DNA of 64,000 nucleotides, taken from NCBI GenBank assembly GCA_028534125.1, contig CM052816.1, forward strand, positions 558,001-622,000, read 5' to 3'. This DNA comes from Lama glama (Eukaryota). A program made the translations under genes and the position numbers. Below the pieces are notes generated by a model, which did no database searches, was not told where the DNA came from, and worked only from the letters and a program-made list of their open reading frames with translations. The first letter of the stretch is position 1. Each line of letters begins with the position of its first letter. Of this stretch, positions 13,506 through 26,402 are shown piece by piece.

Positions 13506-16500
13506 CTCATCAAAGCACAAAGTCCACAAGGGAGAAACAAGAAAGCTACAAAGCAGACAGAAAACAATCTACAAAATGGCAAGAGTACGTACTTACCTAT
13601 CAGTAACTACTTTAAATGTAGGACTACACTCCTTAATCAAAGACAGAGAGTGGCTAAGTGGATTTTTAAAAAGAGAAAGGAAGGCCCAACTATGTGGTTT
13701 CCTCAATCACATCTCTTGTGCATTGTTGGAGGGGATGTAAAATGGTACAGTTGCTATGGAACAGTACGGAGCTTCCTCAAAAAAAAATGAAATATACATA
13801 AAATCTGACATATGATCCAGCAATCCTGCTCCTGGGTATGTATCCAAAAGACTAAAAAGCAGAATTTGGAAGAGATGTTTGCACACTCATATTCACTGCA
13901 GCATTATTCACAATAGCCAAGAGACGGAAGCAATCCAAGTGCCCATCAGCAAACGAATGGATAAAGAAAACATGTTATACACGTGCAACAGAAAATTATT
14001 CAGCCTCAAAAAAAAAAAAAAAGGGAATCCTGTCACAGGCTGCATGTGTGAAACCTGAGGACATTATGCTAAGTGAAATAAGCCTGTCAAAGACAAATTC
14101 CACCTACACAAGACACCTAAAGTGGTCAGTCACAGAAACAGAAAGTAGAATAGTGACTGCCATGGGCTCAGAGAAGACGGGAAATGAGTTGTTGCTCAAC
14201 TGGTATAGTTTCAGTTTTACAAGGTGAGAAATTTCTAGAGATCTTTTGCACAATGGTGTGAACATAATTAGCACTACTGAACTGTACACTTAAAAACAGT
14301 GAAGGTGGTAAACTGAATGCTATGTGTTTTACCGCAATTTTTACAACAAGATTGTCTGCAATCAATGAAGACTTGTAGACAAAGTCATTTTCATAGTTTT
14401 GAAGAGCTTCAATGTTGTCCAAGCTTCCAGTCTGGCATATTGAGGTGTTTTTTTTTTCTTTTCTTTTATCTAGTTTCTTAGCAACTAGAATACTGTTGGA
14501 ACTGTCACCCAGAATAATCAAGACAGCTTTCATAGCCTTTCCAGTTAAAACAATTCATGAACAGTTCTGCAGCACTATAGACCAGATAGACAATAGGACT
14601 GGTGACCGATCATAGTTCCATTCTGTACCTTGAAGTCTTCCTTAGAGGAAGTGTCAACAAGGAATGTCATCTGGCCTCAGCAGCCAGTTGTGATATTTGA
14701 CCTTGTCTATGGGGTCTCCCTCTGTATGTTAGTTTTGGCTTCATTTAGTGGCCTGGGAAAGACTGCACATGCTCCTGCATCAATTACACCCTGAGACTAT
14801 CCATCTATCTCAGTGGCAGTATTTCTTCTGGCTCTTAAGGAAGAAGTTACAATTGGCCATTCTGTAGTTCCTGGAAGCTTTACAAACTGTTTTCACAACC
14901 ATTCAATTAATTCATTTGGATAATCAGTAAACTAAAAAAAAAAAAATTAAAAAATTAAAAATAAATACCTGGGAAGTCTCTGCTAATATTTCAGGATCTT
15001 CATGCTGCAAAAGATGAAAACTGCAAAGCAGAATTTGCTCAACGAACTTCTCCTTAAGACAAATGTTTTAGTGTCCAGGCTAGATTTCTAAAGATGGAAA
15101 AATGCGCCCAAGGTATAAACATCTTTTCACGTTCACTTTGGAAGTATTTCAGACTGCTGGAAAGGTTCCAGTGGTATAGAGAGTTCCTTTTGCATGTCTT
15201 GCCCACACGCCGACATCTTGCATAACCACGACACAGGTGTCAAACACAGGAAATTAATATTTATAGAACTCAGTATTCACCTTTCACCAATTGTCCCACT
15301 GATGTCCTTTTTAGAAAAAATGTTTATGGAACCCGGCCAGCATCAGGCATTGCATTTTGTAAGACTTCCTTGGCCTCACCTACTCTTGGACAGATACCCA
15401 CTTTGTCCGTTGCAGCCTCAGCACTTTCAGAAGGTATTAGGCAGCTGCTACGTGGACTGTCCCTCAGTCTGGGTTTGTATCATGTTTTCTCCTGATTTAG
15501 AATTCAGGCTGCATCCTGGGCAGGAATGTCACAGTGTACCACACATGGGGTGAGGGGGGTAGGACACATGACACCTCTATGTCTTGATACTGTTGGTCCT
15601 TTGACTGCTTTGTTGTAGTGGCGTCTGCGTGACTTCTCCACTAAGCAGGTACTGTTTATTCCCTTTGGGAATCTTGTGAGGATGTGCTCTGCCCTACTAA
15701 GTTTAGCAGCCACTGACAGTTCCTGCCCATAAAATTACCACTGGGGTGTTTGCCAAATAGCAGTATTTTATTTCCATCCTTCCTCTGTATTTATTAATTA
15801 GGTCCCTACTGAAGGGAGGACCTATCCCTTCCCCACCCTCTTTAATTTATTTAGATCACTATGGACTAAGTATTTGCTTTTCTGTGGGTGTGAGCAATTT
15901 TTAAGAGTTGGGATGGACCTCTTAAATTGCCTTCAGAAAGGCTGTGCAGATTCACACTCCCTCAGATATTCCAAGAGTCTGCCGCCTTTCTACACCCACA
16001 GCAGTGTAATTATGTACAAATAAACAGATTCATTTCTTTAATAAAAGATATCTAGCAATTGCTTATCTTTGCATTTTATGGCCACCAGAGTGAAGCCTCT
16101 TCCATTTCTTCACAGTTCATTCTTTTTTTTTCTTCCATTACTTCACTGTTCATTCATTTTTCATCTTTCATCACATTTCTTTACCCTTACACATTTTACC
16201 CTTGCCATCTATGTGTTTATGAGATGTCTTTACACTGAGGATATTACACCAAAAATGTAATAATTTGGAATACATCTTCTCAATTTCTTTGCACTTTACC
16301 TTTGATAACAGATGTCAATTTCACAGTTCTTCACAGTCAAATACATTGATGTGTTCCATTCATATGTGTGCTGTTGTAAAGTTCCTTCCCAAATAAAGAG
16401 ATGACACTCAACATGCTCTCTTAGATTTCTGGTAAGTTCAAATTTGTACATGTATTTCTTTAATTCTTCTGGAATATATTCCACTAGCTTCTCCAACATA

Positions 16501-17271
16501 AACTTTTTCTGTTTCAATATTTTCCTCCAAAGTTCAGGAATTTTTAAAGACAGAATTTAAATCATTGGGGAAATATATAAAACTTTTAGTAAATGATGCT
16601 GACAGTCCATTTGGGGGAAAAAAAAACTTCCTACCTCACATTATTTATAAAAATGGATTCCACTTGGATATACACGTATTAGGAAAATACTTTTTATCAA
16701 GAAAATACAAACTCTACAAATCTAGCCATCTGGATAAATACATGACAGATCATCTATCTCTGGACAGCTTCCTAGCATTAGATTAAAGTGAAATAAATAT
16801 GATTAAGATATCCTTCACCATACTCAAACACGTTTATATACCATCGCCTAAACGTTACATTACAATTGACAGCATACACTATAAAATCTCTTTACTGTTC
16901 ATGAAAGTTTCTCTGAAGTTTTGGGTTACATTTACTTGTCCTTACCAGGACTCAGCTATACGCCAAAGCAAAGTTTTTATATGAATAAAAAGGGGGCCTG
17001 TAAGTTGAAATAAATAACAGTACAAAATACATATTCATAAATATTTACAATTACTAATATAAATATTAATTTATACTATATGTAGACATAACAGACAATG
17101 AAACGATGAACTGTAATGAAGACGGGGAAATAGACGAAACCAAATCATCAGGGATTCGGGTCTCTTTTTTTTCCAACACAAACTACAAGTGCTCCAAGTG
17201 CCGCATGTCATCAGCTGTAAACATCTCAGCATAAGGCAGACTGGCGGGGGGGCCCCCCCGCGGGGCACGCC

Positions 17272-19027
17272 TCACCGGATGTGGTACGCCCTGAAGCACT
17301 TGGCATGCACGCCCTTCTGGCACTTCTCGCAGCGGGTGTTGGTCTGCGAGTGGCAGAGGGCGCAGCGGGTCCTCTTGTCCTGGTGGATGATCCAGTGCCC
17401 AATCATGTCGAAGCGGCTCTCGGTTTCCAGCCTCCTACTTCGCCTCCCCTGGGACGACGTGTCCGCGTTGCTCTCCAGGTACACACAGGCCACGTACCTC
17501 CGGAAGGCCAGGAGGTCCACCTGGGCGTCTCGGCAGCATATCCGGTGCAGCTGCCACGCGTTGTTAAGAGCAGCGTCGATGACGTAGCCAATGAAACTCG
17601 AGTACCACTTCATACCCCGGATCTTCACCTTGTACTTGGCGATGTTCTGGTCCATCCGGCCGACACCCCCCACCTTCTCCTGGTACAGCCTCACCAGGGA
17701 TGGCTGGTGGACCTGGGACTGCGTTCTGGCCGCCCCCGAGTGATGGCTGCTCAGCCCCACCGGCTCTATGCCCACCGCGTTGGAGCAGATGTTGACCACG
17801 CGGCTGTCATGCCAGCGGCAGACAATGATCTCCTCACTCTCATCCACTTTGTAATCAAACGAACCCCTCTTCAACTTCTTCAGTTCCTTGGGATCTTTAA
17901 GGGGACATCGCTCCGTTCTGTATTCACGGACAGTTCCTGTCGCCTTCACTCCTTTCTTCCTCAAAATGGACATCAGTTTGACACTTGTAAAAACCTTGTC
18001 CAAAAATATGTGGTACGGCAGACAGCCACGTGCCTGAAGCGCATCTACAAATTTGACCACCATGCTGCCTCCCAGGTCCAGGCCCCTGCCGGGCTTCGTG
18101 AACAGCGTGCCCTGCGAGGGCTCGAACCACACCAGGTAGCCCCTGCTGGTTGTCCCACACCAAATCTTGTAGCCCAGGCGCACAGGCTTCCCTGCGGGCA
18201 GCTGCTTGGATCCCCGGTGTCCGAAGTACTCACACATGGACTCTCCGAAGCTGTAGAACTCTTCCAAGGGTGCGTGCTTCTGGAAATTGCAGTTCATCCG
18301 GACGATGAGAGGCCTGACCTTGGCAAACCGGTCACTTTCATCCAGCTCATTATTATCTGCAAAATGCAGGTATGAGAAGATCAGCTCAAACCGGTCCCTC
18401 CGGATTGCATCAGCCACGAGATGGTGATGGGAATCAGGAGACGTTTCCCAAAACATCCTTCTCCTTGGGTAGGAGATGTACCCGCTCAAGATCAAAATGC
18501 CCAGAACACACTTCAGCTCCTGGGCCGTGAGACCCAGGCTGACATTTTTCTGACAAGCATAACGATTGGTTTCATCAACAATAAAATTAATTGTGCCTTC
18601 ATCAAAAAACAATTCAAAGAGGCCCACAGGACTCAGCTCCTGGCTTCTGAGATCTTCCATATGAGGATCTGACGCTGTCCAGCTGCTGAAGTCCGGCCGG
18701 ATGTCTCTTTTGGTCCAAACGCGCTGAGGCTCCACTCCTGCCCTCCGCTTCTTCCTGGCTGGCTGCAGGTCGTCCTCATCCTCCCCAGGGCCAGAATCCT
18801 CGGGCACAACAAAGGCGTGCAGCACGCTGCCGGGCAGGTGGGTTCCTCGCCGGCCATCTTCATCGCCCGAGTCCTCATCAGTGAAGTCCCCCGCAGCGTT
18901 ACTGGGTGGTGCGATGTAGATCTCCTCCCTACTGTGGCCAGATTCGTCTTCCTCCAGGGCATTCAGAACCTCGAGCAACTTCATGGACTTAAGCTTTGAG
19001 CCAGCACCTCTCCCAGGAGTGAGGTTG
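17272..19027 (-). CDS. PGBD2: PiggyBac transposable element-derived protein 2, large terminal coding exon (1 nt + 584 codons + stop)
   Basis: Translation closely matches PGBD2 as I recall it (KLLEVLNA..., ELSPVGLFELFFDEG, YSFGESMCEY, GYKIWC, GGVGRMDQ, C-terminal RCALCHSQTNTRCEKCQKGVHAKCF). Splice acceptor ...cctgtcactgtag at 19028-19029; the ORF track's upstream GTG start is the polypyrimidine tract. In-frame ATG at 18984. Confidence 0.97.
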
Positions 19028-20649
19028 CTACAGTGACAGGAAACAGAACGAAGAGAGGCCACGCAGGAAAGCTGGTGCTTTAGCAGAAAACCCCATTAAA
19101 ACATTGCTCACAACGAGGACTCCTGCTGCAATGGCACCTCGGACTGGGCACTGCCAGGCACAGCACCAGATGAGTGAATTTTCCGGACAAACACAGATTA
19201 CCGCTTTAAGCGCAAAAGTATTTTAATGACAAGAAGTATTCTAAAGAGGTATTTCATAACCCCTTTCCTTGTTAAATAAAATGTTCTGTATAGAGGACAC
19301 CCTCCAGTGACGAATCAGGGCCACTGGTATCACCTGCAATTGGAAACCTGGGCCACTGAAGTCCCCTGATGTCCCCTGACACAGTGGTCCCAGCTGCTCT
19401 ACTTTCAGACTTTAGCCATATCTATCTCTTCCCTTTCTCTTATTCATTTGGCAAAGTTTCCTTACTTTCCAAATTCTCAAGCTCGCCCTGCTTGAACACT
19501 CAACCACCCAAATTCAGGAGCTAAACCAATTCAGACAGATTTTCACAAGGCTCTCTCAATATCTGACACACTACTGCATACTAATTGCAATTCACAAGCC
19601 AAACAGATTTGGAAACATGAAAACCCCTGCCCTTCTACCTCTCCCTGACCACGTGGGAACCAAATGAATGGCAAGAGATATTTGTATTTGAGAAGCGCCA
19701 ACCACGAGCAGGTGCTGAGGGGCTGGCAGTGGGCACACTCCACCCTCAACCTGCAGAGCACTTGTTTCCAGACGGAGGAGGTGGATGACAGATCACCAAA
19801 CACACAGCTATGCAGGATGGAACCAGGTAGTGATAAGGGCCATTCTGAAGAAGAGAGAGGGAGTGCAGCAAAGGAACAGGGCTGGGGGGTGCTAGACAGG
19901 TGACGCGGGAAGGCTCACAGGTCAGGCGGCCCGGAGAGGTGAAGGAGTGAGCCCTGCAGACAGCTGGAGACAGTGTGTCCCGGGAAGAGAGAAAGAGCAA
20001 ATACGTGCAAGGCCCTGTGGTTGAAGGGACGTGATGTCTGCGAACAGCGAGGAGATCAGTGAGGCTGCAGACGCAGTGAGGAGAGGAGAGCAGAACAGAG
20101 GTGGTCGGGTCCAAGGTCAAGGCCCCACAGGGCTCTAGGCGCCTTGATCAGGACCTCCAGTTCTGCTCAGCTATCACAGGAAACCCACGAGGAGGGTGAA
20201 GCATGGCAGTGAGGGGCAGATACATGACTCTAGCTATGAGAACAGACCAGACGTGGGGAAGTGGGCAATCCTGCTGCCCTATACCCTGGCCTCTGCGTGA
20301 GCAAAGCCCCGCCCCGGATGAAGGATGCAGGCTTTTCCACGAAGGCTATTTCTCTGCAGACCTACCCTTAGACTCTGGAGTTTAGGCTGCGTTAAGAAAT
20401 TCACTCCAACCTTACTTCCAGGGCACTGAATCCGCCAGCCCCTATGCTGGAGGCTAGGGCGCAAGAGGTCTGACCTCTGGGGAGGTGAGGTGTGCCTCAA
20501 GCTCTCCACAGGCCGGCCAGGAAGGAAGGCCAGACTTCAAAGGAGAGGAACCCTGAGAAGCCCTTCCTTCCCACGGACCTCGAACTGAGACACGTTCTCA
20601 AAGGGCATCAGTCATCTCCCCGCCTCGCACGGCCTCCCCTGGTTTGCAG

Positions 20650-21149
20650 NNNNNNNNNNNNNNNNNNNNNNNNNNNNNNNNNNNNNNNNNNNNNNNNNNN
20701 NNNNNNNNNNNNNNNNNNNNNNNNNNNNNNNNNNNNNNNNNNNNNNNNNNNNNNNNNNNNNNNNNNNNNNNNNNNNNNNNNNNNNNNNNNNNNNNNNNNN
20801 NNNNNNNNNNNNNNNNNNNNNNNNNNNNNNNNNNNNNNNNNNNNNNNNNNNNNNNNNNNNNNNNNNNNNNNNNNNNNNNNNNNNNNNNNNNNNNNNNNNN
20901 NNNNNNNNNNNNNNNNNNNNNNNNNNNNNNNNNNNNNNNNNNNNNNNNNNNNNNNNNNNNNNNNNNNNNNNNNNNNNNNNNNNNNNNNNNNNNNNNNNNN
21001 NNNNNNNNNNNNNNNNNNNNNNNNNNNNNNNNNNNNNNNNNNNNNNNNNNNNNNNNNNNNNNNNNNNNNNNNNNNNNNNNNNNNNNNNNNNNNNNNNNNN
21101 NNNNNNNNNNNNNNNNNNNNNNNNNNNNNNNNNNNNNNNNNNNNNNNNN
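20650..21149. other. Assembly gap (500 N, likely a placeholder size)
   Basis: Run of N. Confidence 1.
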
Positions 21150-21783
21150 ATGGATCATGCCTGGCTGTCAGTCATAGCCCTCCTGCCTCCTCAAACAGCC
21201 ACCTCCAGGCAGGACTCTGTGGGGCTGACAAAGAACCAGGGCTCTTAGAAGCTCTCAGTCCCTTCCATAATCCCAGCCTCAAGGCACGCAGCACCATCAA
21301 GTTTCCCAATCAGCCTGTCTTAAGACCTTCCTCTTCCTTCCATTCTCCCTTTAAGACAGTCCTTGGCTTGAGTTTTAATGGATGCACCCTGAAAAAATTC
21401 TGGGAGGAAGGGAGAAGATGCTGCTGGGAAAAAAAGAAGACTGGATGCGCAAATAACAGAGCCAAGCCCCCTGGGCCACTGAGGGCTTGCAGGGTCTGTT
21501 GCCCTCTTGTGAATCTCTGTAGCCTTTTTTTTTTTTTAGTTGGAGTCCTGTCACAGAACCCGAAGGGAGGGTAAATCTCAGTTTATTTTGTCTTTGCAGC
21601 CCCAGCCTGTCCTGAGAGCAGCCAGGGGCTTGGTGGCTGGGATCTGGAGTTAGCACCCCTGACACATCGTCCTGGGCTGAAAGACAGTGAGTGCCCCTGG
21701 TCATGACCCTCATCTGTGTAATGGGAGAGCAGGTGAGGCCCAGAGCAAAGCAGATCTGTAGCTTCCCGATGGACTGCCTCTTA

Positions 21784-21968
21784 GCCAGAGGTTCTCAAAG
21801 CGGGGCTCCCAGGCAGAAAGAGAAAAAGCTGCAGCGGCCCATGGACCGTGTCAGAGATGCACGTTCTCAGCACCTGGCCCAGATCTACTGAATCAGGGGC
21901 TCAAGCTCGGGTCCAGTCATCCAATTTTAACAAGATTGAGACTCACTGGAATTTGGAAACCCCTGCTT
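21784..21968. mobile_element. MER5A-like hAT/Charlie non-autonomous DNA transposon
   Basis: cagaggttctcaaag...agatctactgaatcag...ttttaacaag...tttggaaacccctg, with imperfect terminal inverted repeats. Confidence 0.65.
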
Positions 21969-22093
21969 TCCCCTCTTCCCCATTTCTTTTGGGATTTTCT
22001 ACCTGATTTGTTGAATCTTTCTTCCTACCCCTGTCCTGGTTAGTGACTGGCTAACTCACGCCCGTTTCCCCAGTTCCCTGCCACACTTCCCAC

Positions 22094-22227
22094 CGGGGCT
22101 CCTGGAAGGAGACAAGGTCACGCAGGGTCTCCCAGAAGGCCAGGTAGTAGCCAGCATCTGTATTCAGCAGGTCCCCGATCATCTGCACGGCCCCGAGGCT
22201 CAGGTTTCCCACCTTGATCAGGTATTC
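22094..22227 (-). CDS. L-amino-acid oxidase-like gene, exon 5 (134 nt, ends phase 2)
   Basis: cag|GAA...: [46 protein letters not shown]|gtggga; resembles the LAAO EYLIKEGNLS..AV.MIGDLLN segment. Confidence 0.88.
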
Positions 22228-23719
22228 CTGCGCAGTGAGAGAAGGCAGGGGAGTTCGACTGTCAGGAGGCCAACGTGACAGAACCTTGCTTTGCAGCCAG
22301 AGACAGGGAGGAACAGAATTGGACAGAGTGGAATGGCAGGTGCACATTCAGTCAGGCCCCAGGCTGCCACGTGTCTGCCTGGTGTGCTGGGCTCTGACAG
22401 TCTCACAGCACTCTCCTCAGCCCTGGTAACAGGCCACTCCCCCCCCCCACATGCTGCTCAGTCCTTCACTTGTGTGGTCCTAAGAAGTAGCTTATTATCA
22501 CTGTTTTACAGATGGGGAAACTGAGGCCCAGTCTTCTTGTCAACCTGCAAGTATGTTGGGCTCAGCCTGATAGGCCTGGGCCTTCACCTGGAGGAATCTG
22601 GGTACTGAATATTTTTTCTCATCCTGCCTTCATGCCCCAGCGTCATGCTGTGGTCCTGGCCAGCCTACGAGCAAGTGACCTGGAGGCTCTGCTTCCGGTG
22701 AGCCCACTGAGGACTGTGCCCCATGTTCACCCCTGCTCCCTCCTCCCAGGCAAGGCCAGAGCGCACACAACAGAACTGGCTAGAAGGGTTCACCTGTTAG
22801 GGTGGCGAACTGTCCAGCTTGCCCAGGGCCAAAGGGTGTCCATAGACGAGTCAGTACCCTTGTCACCAGTGCAGGTGGCACTGGCGGCTGGGCACTCAGG
22901 GGCAGGCCTGACAGGGACCACCAGGATGGCAGGGCATGGCTGACCTAGCCTCTACCTTGGCAAAATGCCTCTACCAAACATGCTTGGTGACGCCAGAGGC
23001 AAGACAGCAGGGCCCCACCATCCTAGGAAAAGCAAGATCAAAGAGTTCTTGGAGATACAGCGTAAGAACTACTGTGTGACAGCCCAGAGAGGGCGGTAGC
23101 TTCCCTCCCTCTGTGAGTGGGGTGCCTGGACGGTGAGACAGCTGAGAGCCGTCCCAAGCTTGCCTTAGTCTCCAAGCCCTGTATCTCTCTCGCCACCTTC
23201 CCTCTTTCCCTTCCTCCTCCTCCCTCCCCCAACCTTTGACCTCCAGGAGTTTACATTCTAGCAGGGCATGCAGAGTGTAAACAACTGAACTAGGAGGTGA
23301 TGAGTGTTGTGGTGGAAACAGCGCAAAGGAAGGAAGAGGGGAGGGTGCTGGGCTAGAAAGGGAGGCACCTTAACTCAAAGGGGTTGGAGAAAGTGAGGGC
23401 CAAGCCTTGTGGATGCCTGCCAGAGGAGCCTCCCAGGCAGAGGAGCAGCCGGTGCCAAAGCCTTGGCTGAGTGAGAAACAGCAGGAGGTCGAGGGAGTGG
23501 GCGAGGAGGGGCTCCCTCTCCCTCCCAGGCAGTGCTGTGCCCCTGGAGGATGTGGAGCAGCGTGAGTGCGCAGGCGCCCTCTGGCCGTCTGCCCGGGAGG
23601 GCGGGGCAGGGGTTCACAGGCTCCCCCTGCCGCTAGCTGGGAAGGGGATGGCTGTGGTTTCCATGGAGCGTGACAGGGTGGGCTGTGGGCAGCAGGAAGA
23701 GGGGGGTCCTGGGACTGAC

Positions 23720-23788
23720 CTTGGTGGAGAAGGAGTCATATTTCTCCAGCACCTGGCTGCAGCTCTTGCTTTCCAGCTCCTCCACCAC
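23720..23788 (-). CDS. L-amino-acid oxidase-like gene, exon 4 (69 nt)
   Basis: cag|VVEELESKSCSQVLEKYDSFSTK|gtcagt; matches the LAAO C..L.KYD.YSTK motif. Confidence 0.9.
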
Positions 23789-24193
23789 CTGGCATGGGGG
23801 AAGGATGGGTACTTGGTGAGAACTAAACACCCCATTCAGGGGCACTGGCCTATCCGGGGTCCAGCACCGCCCCCCAATGCTCCGGGGCTCCCTCACTCGC
23901 TTCTACTTGTGTGTGCCTCCCAGGCTGGCTTTACGCGCTCTCCCCTGGCTTCCAGGACGGTGTGCCACAAGTCTGAATGTCCCAAGAGTGGAAACTTAAC
24001 TACTGGACAGAGGACAGGAGTGTAAAGATAGGGGCCAGAGCTGCCCCCTGTCACCCTGGGAGTTACAGAGGTGGGAGTCTACCTCCTCGTCCAGTGTTGG
24101 GGACATTTCTGATGGCCTGTGAGGCCACTGTGAAGGGCTGGAGAGCCTGTCCCCCGGGGCTGCTGCGTGGGGCTGGGTGGGGCCCGGGCTCAC

Positions 24194-24395
24194 CTTCCTC
24201 AGTGATTCTTCGAAGAGCTGTTCTGCTGTCTTCCCCTCCTCATCTGCCCTGACTGGGTAGCCCAGCAGGCTGGGGTTGGCCTGCACGTCCCCCGTGCGCC
24301 GCCGCACCCCGTTGACCAGCACCCAAGTCTGGTTGTGGGAGGCACGGAACTCATTGAGCTTTAGCCCAAACTTCCTGATGAGCTCACGAGAGAGC
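24194..24395 (-). CDS. L-amino-acid oxidase-like gene, exon 3 (202 nt)
   Basis: cag|G-LSRELIRKFGLKLNEF...NPSLLGYPVRADEEGKTAEQLFEESLRK|gtgagc; phase matches exon 2. Confidence 0.92.
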
Positions 24396-24583
24396 CTGTG
24401 GGGGTGAATCAGAGAAAGCTCAGCAGGGACAAGGAAGCCGTCAGCCCTCCTGCTCCAGGTGCTCTGCTCTTCACTGCCCACAGACTCACTTCCTCCGAAG
24501 ACGAAACTACCGCCTTCCCTGTCACTACAGGAGTGGCGACAGGACCATGAAGGGAGGATTTGAGGCTATCATTCTTGTGGTCA

Positions 24584-24934
24584 CGAAGGGGCAAAACCCA
24601 CAAAGGGACCAGCAGGACCTCCCAGGCAGGGCCACTGCCTTCCTGCTTTTGTGCTTCTGTAAGATGGCTTGCTTCCAGGAAAATGAAACTTACCCCTGAA
24701 ATTCCACTGCTTCCCAAAAGCCCACTCCTGATTGGTCCATTTTTAACACTGTGTCATTTGCTTATGACACAAACTTAATTGAAACTTAAAACCTATAGAA
24801 GCCTGTGTAAACCTACAGACGGGGTCCAGAGCTTAGAGTGTTAACTCCTCTGGGCCCGCCGGCGTAATAAACCTGAGTTCTCCAGCCCTCTGAGTGTCAC
24901 TTGGTCTCTCGATGAGATTCAGCTTTCTGTAACA
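24584..24934 (+). mobile_element. ERV1-type solo LTR (copy 1 of 3), in oxidase intron 2, antisense to the gene
   Basis: (c)GAAGGGGCAAAACCC...AATAAA...TTTCTGTAACA with perfect 4-bp TSD GTCA; near-identical to 35707-36054 and 43324-43672. Confidence 0.88.
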
Positions 24935-25449
24935 GTCACACCACACCAGGCTGGTCCTCTGTTTTGGCCGAGATCTCTCACACTTTGCCCGAGACCTCTG
25001 GCCTCAAGGTCCTGGAGGTGTCGTGAAAAGCGCACTGGCAGGGGCCTCAGTGGAGGGCGTGCACAGCCTCCTCAAGCCTCCAGGGAGCGTCCTCCACCAC
25101 GCTGCGTGCTGCGTGAGGCAGGGCCCCCCTGCAGGATGGCCCTTCATGAGGGATCCTCGTGCCGGTCCCGGGTCCCGGGGCTCCCCCCAGACACCACAGC
25201 TCTCTCGGAGGACACTCATTACTCCCATCATTAGGAAAACCAGCAGGCCACTTGTGACTTTTCAAGGTGCTCCCATCAGAATTATCCTTTGGGATCCTCC
25301 ATGTGGGCTTTTAGGCAGGCAGGGGGGGTGGGTACCTTTATGCCCAGTAAGTAGATTACAACATTGAGGCTGAGAGAGGTCCTGGGGCAGGCCTGGAACC
25401 TCAACATGAGTTGGGGCAGATCCAGTCCTGCTGACTTGCAGGAAAGGAC

Positions 25450-26001
25450 TCCCATGCATTTTTGTCCTTCTTGGTCTCTGCTAATTGTGTGTTCTCACTG
25501 TGTGTTCTTAGATTCTGTCTGATGTTCATTAATCACAGAGCCGAACCATCACCAAAGTGTTTGTGTCTCTCCTGCAAGTCAACTTTCCTACAGAGCTCTC
25601 CTTTCACCGTGCAGACGGGGCTGACCCAAGGCCATGCTCCCATCCACATACCAAGTCAGTACTTCCCCTGCCCTAACTCAGCCAGGGCCCGGTACCAGGC
25701 AACGAGAGATGACCCCTGCAGCCCAGAGCCCACTGTCGTCACTCAGACCAGCCAGTCCTAAGCTGCTTACTCCGTCCTGCCTGGCCTTTCCCTTAGAAAC
25801 TCCAGTAAAGGCCATGGCCTGTGACTTCGCTTTGCTCCTGTCTTCTACCTCTTGACTATCCCGATGCATCCCCAGGGCCCTGTGTGTTGTGGTGTGTCCT
25901 TCTCTCTGGAAATGTAAATAAGAAATTCCCTCAGTGGCGTTAACCTCTCCATGGCTACTCATCACCTCCATGGACTAAAATCCCGAGGGTACCAATGAGA
26001 C
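25450..26001 (+). mobile_element. Old ERVL-type LTR (MER74-like); left boundary uncertain
   Basis: Ends ...taaaatcccgagggtaccaatgagaca; internal ccagggcccggtaccaggcaac and cctaagctgcttac segments. Confidence 0.5.
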
Positions 26002-26053
26002 AGCTGCCCACACCCCAGCCTCCCCTCCTCACCCCCACTTCTCCCGACCGTAC

Positions 26054-26166
26054 CTGTGGCTGGCGGGTATCCTCATGGCGCCCAGTTCCACATACCACTG
26101 TGCTCCGGGCACTCTGTGGGTCTCTATTCTGCCACCCACACGTCCTGAGGCCTCCAGGACAGTCAC
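26054..26166 (-). CDS. L-amino-acid oxidase-like gene, exon 2 (113 nt)
   Basis: tag|[39 protein letters not shown]|gtacgg; contains the GG motif (RxGGR) and ELGAMRIP of LAAO/MAO flavoproteins. Confidence 0.93.
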
Positions 26167-26402
26167 CTAGAAAGACAGCTCTGTCTTGATCTCAACACAG
26201 CTGGCCACATCCCCTAGCTCCCACAGCCCTCCTGCCTCTTCCCCAGGCCTACCTGCTATCTGGTCATGCCACCCGGTCCTCGTGGCCCTTCTCCCTACAC
26301 CGAGAGCCCTAGACCCAGCCCCCGTCCCAGTTCTCTGAGGCTGTCCGCTTGCATCTCTCCCAAGGCCCCCCATGCAGGACTCCCCCACACCCCATCACGT
26401 AC

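Larger units (their letters stand above)
10680..14350 (+). mobile_element. Degraded older L1 fragments (ORF1, inter-ORF and 3'UTR pieces), interrupted by two SINEs
   Basis: A-rich ORF1-like segments (ataagattaactg, gatttctcagaagaaaccttgcag, tatatccagcaaaactatc) and a 3'UTR piece (atatgatccagcaatcc, gcagcattattcacaatagccaa). Confidence 0.7.

Noticed and set aside
14360..14680. Minus-strand peptides (FLVDTSS; KAVLIILGDSS...) faintly resembling a VWA domain
   Set aside because: Too weak by eye and interrupted by stops; would need a profile search
17281..18375. 364-aa ORF antisense to PGBD2
   Set aside because: Shadow of a GC3-rich coding strand; non-ATG start and no recognisable domain
19028..19062. 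GTG-initiated N-terminus MASLRSVSCHCS of the PGBD2 ORF in the track
   Set aside because: This is the intronic polypyrimidine tract and AG acceptor
20492..21574. Long ORFs spanning N runs (also 49324-50264)
   Set aside because: Artefacts of translating gaps
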